From positions 1 through 61,774 of the forward strand of contig JBKHJZ010000003.1 in assembly GCA_046537875.1 (NCBI GenBank): a DNA stretch of 61,774 nt, read 5' to 3'. The DNA is from Acidimicrobiia bacterium (GTDB lineage: Bacteria; Actinomycetota; Acidimicrobiia; Acidimicrobiales; VFJN01). Below the pieces are notes generated by a model. The model was not told the DNA's origin, did not search any database, and was given only the letters and a program-made list of their open reading frames with translations. Made by a program: the position numbers and the translations under genes. How positions within the stretch are numbered: the stretch's first letter is position 1; the number at the start of each line of letters is the position of its first letter. This document shows, one piece after another, positions 58,227 to 61,774 of this stretch.

Positions 58227-58514
58227 CTACCGCCGGTCCTCGTCATCGATCGGGATCTCCTGGGACTGCTCCCAGACGTCGGCCTCGTCGGCCTCGCGCC
58301 AGGAGCGGTCCACGACGGGTCGCTCTCCCGGTTCGACCTCGGTTGCCTGGTCCAGGGCGTCGGGCTCGGGGGCCTCCGGGTCCGAGGTCTCCGGGCCGCG
58401 GGTGGGCTCGGGAACGACGGGTCGTCGTTGCTCGAGCTCGTCCCCTTCGGGCACCTCGTCGGGGCTCGAGGACGGGTCCGGTGTGTTCGATGCAGGCGGC
58501 ACGTCACCCATCAT
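58227..58514 (-). CDS. Small, highly acidic, probably disordered protein (hypothetical)
   Basis: 95 aa, rich in Pro/Glu/Asp: ...PDEVPEGDELEQRRPVVPEP...READEADVWEQSQEIPIDDEDRR. Its composition differs from the Arg-rich shadow ORFs, and similar acidic small proteins occur in actinobacteria. No motif recognised. Confidence 0.45.
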   Translation of the reverse strand: MMGDVPPASNTPDPSSSPDEVPEGDELEQRRPVVPEPTRGPETSDPEAPEPDALDQATEVEPGERPVVDRSWREADEADVWEQSQEIPIDDEDRR

Positions 58515-58613
58515 CGTCGCTGGAAGGCTGGAGGCGCGGTCGCCGGCGAGATCTGGCCGCCGTTCGCTCGGGCACCGGACACGACCGGGCCCCAGGCTGC
58601 GATGCGGACGGTC

Positions 58614-59765
<1,152 letters not shown>

Positions 59766-59766
59766 G

Positions 59767-60174
59767 TCACTCGGTGACGGTGGGCGGGGCGGTCAGGAAG
59801 GGTCGAACCTCCAGCCATTCGTGGATCGGTTCGCCGCCGGCCCCGGGCGCTGCCGACAGCTCACCGGCGAGCTCGATGGCTCGCTCGTAGCTGTCGACGT
59901 CGATCACCATCCACCCGGCGATCAGGTCCTTGGTCTCGGCGAACGGGCCGTCGGTCACCGGCGGGCGCCCCTCGCCGTCGTAGCGGACCCACACACCGTC
60001 GGGCGACAGGGCCTGTCCGTCGACGAACTCGCCGGTCCGCTCGAGCCGGGCGGCGAAGTCGCTCATGAACCGGATGTGTGCGTCGACCTCGTCGGGCGCC
60101 CACTGGTCCATCGGGACATCGTTGACGGACGCGGGCGCCCCTCGGTAGTGCTTGAGCAACAGGTACTTGGCCAT
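59767..60174 (-). CDS. YCII-related (DGPF-type) domain protein
   Basis: From the ATG at 60174 (RBS GAGGAGG): MAKYLLLKHYRGAP...DAHIRFMSDFAARLERTGEFVDGQAL...VTDGPFAETKDLIAGWMVIDVDSYERAIELA. It sits directly upstream of, and 1 nt from, the ECF sigma gene. Confidence 0.85.
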   Translation of the reverse strand: MAKYLLLKHYRGAPASVNDVPMDQWAPDEVDAHIRFMSDFAARLERTGEFVDGQALSPDGVWVRYDGEGRPPVTDGPFAETKDLIAGWMVIDVDSYERAIELAGELSAAPGAGGEPIHEWLEVRPFLTAPPTVTE

Positions 60175-60264
60175 GGTGTCCTCCTCGTGTGACGGCGGCC
60201 GGCAGGCCGCGTTCACCCTCAGACGGAGCAGAGTCCGCGTTCTCGACACCGGCGGTCCAGATCC

Positions 60265-61395
60265 TCACACCGAGGCTCGACCGGCGGAGGGTGCACCGGC
60301 GGAGGCTGCGGCGGTGAGGAGCCTGTCGTACTGGGGCGCGACCGCCGGCCATGCGAATCGTTCGATGTAGGTCCGGGCCCGGCGGGCGGCGAGCGTGCGC
60401 TCGTCGTGGCGCGTGAGCGCCCAGCACAGGCGCTCCACGAGCTGGCCACCGGTTCCGTAGAGGTACGGGGCCGGGCCGGGCACCAGCTCGGGGTAGGAGA
60501 GGCGGGCCGGCAGGAGCGGCAGTGCGCCGGCGGCGATCGCCTCGGCGACCGCCAGGCCGAAGAAGTCGTGCCGGGCGGTGCTGACGACGACATCGGCCTG
60601 CGCGAGCAGGCCGGGGTACTCGTCGTCGGTGGCGGTGCCGAAGTGGACGACCCGCTCGCCGAGGGCCCGGCGGCCGGCGGCGAACACGTCCGGGACCGTC
60701 TGGAACGACTCGCCCGCGATGATCGCCCGGAAGGCGATGCCCCGGGCGGCCACCTCGGCGAGGGCGGCGAAGAACGCCTCCGGGTCCTTGTCGTACTCCC
60801 AGCGGTGGTTCCAGAGCACGACGGGGGGCTCGTGGCGGCGGCGGTCGAGCGAGAACCGGTCGACGCAGAGGCCGACCGGCAGCACGCAGGAGACCGCCTG
60901 CACTCGTTCGACGTGGTCGAGGTGGCGGTGGTCGGGGAAGCGCCGGAGCAGCCCCGGGAGTGCGGCGAACACGTCGGCTCGGTGATGCTCGGAGTTGAAG
61001 ACCACGCGGTCGGCGACCGCCATGCTGAGCCAGTTCGTCATGGCATAGGTGTGGTCGGGCGGAGCGTCGTCGCGGGCGGGGTACGTGAGCTGGTTCTCGT
61101 GCATGTACAGCACCACCGGGACGCCGGCCAGGGCGGTGCGAGCGAAGCCCAGGAGGCCGGGCAGGTGCACCATGTCGCTCACGAGCACCACGTCGGGCCG
61201 CCCCCGGCGCGCCACGAGCCGGCCGACGTCGTCGGCCAGGGTGAGCGCAGCACCCTGCATGCGCCACTTCCAGAATCCGCCGGTGTGGGTGACGAGCGCG
61301 ACGTCGTGGGCGCTGTGGCGGGCCAGTCCCTCCGCCCAGGAGCGGTGTGAGCCGGTGAAGTACGGCTCGCACAGCAGGATCCGCAGCGGACTCAT
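60265..61395 (-). CDS. Glycosyltransferase, DUF3524 + GT1/GT4 C-terminal domain (homologue of vertebrate GTDC1/QTMAN)
   Basis: ILLCEPYFTGSHRSWAEGL, VVLYMHENQLTYP, VADRVVFNSEHH, FPDHR, VVLWNHRWEYDKDPEAFF, IAGESFQTVPDVF, DVVVSTARHDFFGLAVAEAIAAGALPLLPARLSYPELVP. These track, block by block, my recollection of human GTDC1. Confidence 0.8.
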   Translation of the reverse strand: MSPLRILLCEPYFTGSHRSWAEGLARHSAHDVALVTHTGGFWKWRMQGAALTLADDVGRLVARRGRPDVVLVSDMVHLPGLLGFARTALAGVPVVLYMHENQLTYPARDDAPPDHTYAMTNWLSMAVADRVVFNSEHHRADVFAALPGLLRRFPDHRHLDHVERVQAVSCVLPVGLCVDRFSLDRRRHEPPVVLWNHRWEYDKDPEAFFAALAEVAARGIAFRAIIAGESFQTVPDVFAAGRRALGERVVHFGTATDDEYPGLLAQADVVVSTARHDFFGLAVAEAIAAGALPLLPARLSYPELVPGPAPYLYGTGGQLVERLCWALTRHDERTLAARRARTYIERFAWPAVAPQYDRLLTAAASAGAPSAGRASV

Positions 61396-61458
61396 CGTCG
61401 ACCCACGCTACGGCCACACGACCTGGCCCCGACATGGCATGCGGCCGACGCGATCGGC

Positions 61459-61734
61459 TCACGGTTCCCAGAGATCGATGGTCACCGCCGCGATCTCGCC
61501 GTCCACGGTGACGAACAGGTCGACCGTCCACCACGCGAGGCAGCTGTCGATGCTGTCCGGCCGGGGCTGGACGCTGATGTGCCGCAGGTCCGCCACCTCG
61601 GTGGGAACAGGTTGTGGCGGCGATGCACAGTGCGGATGGTCGCCGACCGAGACGACCGTGTCACCGGCGTCGGCGGCGAGCTCCAGGGCGGAGGCGCGGC
61701 CGACACGGGCCCGGAACAGGTCGAGATCGAGCAC
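61459..61734 (-). CDS. Hypothetical protein (start may lie further upstream or outside the window)
   Basis: 91-aa ORF with non-shadow-like composition (...DHPHCASPPQPVPTEVADLRHISVQPRPDSIDSCLAWWTVDLFVTVDGEIAAVTIDLWEP). The frame stays open toward the window edge. No family recognised. Confidence 0.35.
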   Translation of the reverse strand: MLDLDLFRARVGRASALELAADAGDTVVSVGDHPHCASPPQPVPTEVADLRHISVQPRPDSIDSCLAWWTVDLFVTVDGEIAAVTIDLWEP

Positions 61735-61774
61735 CCACGCATCCGGGTCGGCCAGCTCGGACTGGTTCCTGACC

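Overview
Very GC-rich, gene-dense chromosomal segment. It looks actinobacterial, inferred from the gene families, frequent GTG/TTG starts and many 4-nt start/stop overlaps. I can support about 52 protein genes. I saw no rRNA, tRNA, CRISPR array, transposase or integrase. Most long ORFs in the six-frame track are Arg/Pro/Ala-rich shadow frames of the real genes. Two long co-directional operons dominate. (1) 10.8-25.0 kb is a mycofactocin (MFT) cluster: an NDMA-type alcohol dehydrogenase, mftA (C-terminus ...EEISIDGMCGVY), mftB, mftC, two FadH/OYE-type flavo-iron-sulfur oxidoreductases, an etfA-fixC-fixX-etfB module, mftE, an SDR, mftF and an M19 dipeptidase-like gene. No mftD, mftG or classical mftR is present in cis. 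This is the most interesting part of the window. (2) 27.9-38.3 kb is a hopanoid cluster: hpnC-hpnD-hpnE, a polyprenyl synthase, shc, an hpnG::ispH fusion, hpnH and dxs. It follows an unusual MerR+TetR double-HTH regulator and a divergent DegV-Rieske oxygenase pair. Other notable genes: a single-polypeptide adenylation-carrier-membrane acyltransferase (6.8-9.3 kb) and a beta-propeller::cytochrome c lipoprotein divergent from a P-type ATPase. Also present are kup with a possible c-di-AMP riboswitch-like leader, pstSCA without pstB, an ECF sigma/YCII pair, and a bacterial homologue of the vertebrate GTDC1/QTMAN glycosyltransferase. All family assignments come from reading motifs by eye and need HMM/BLAST confirmation.
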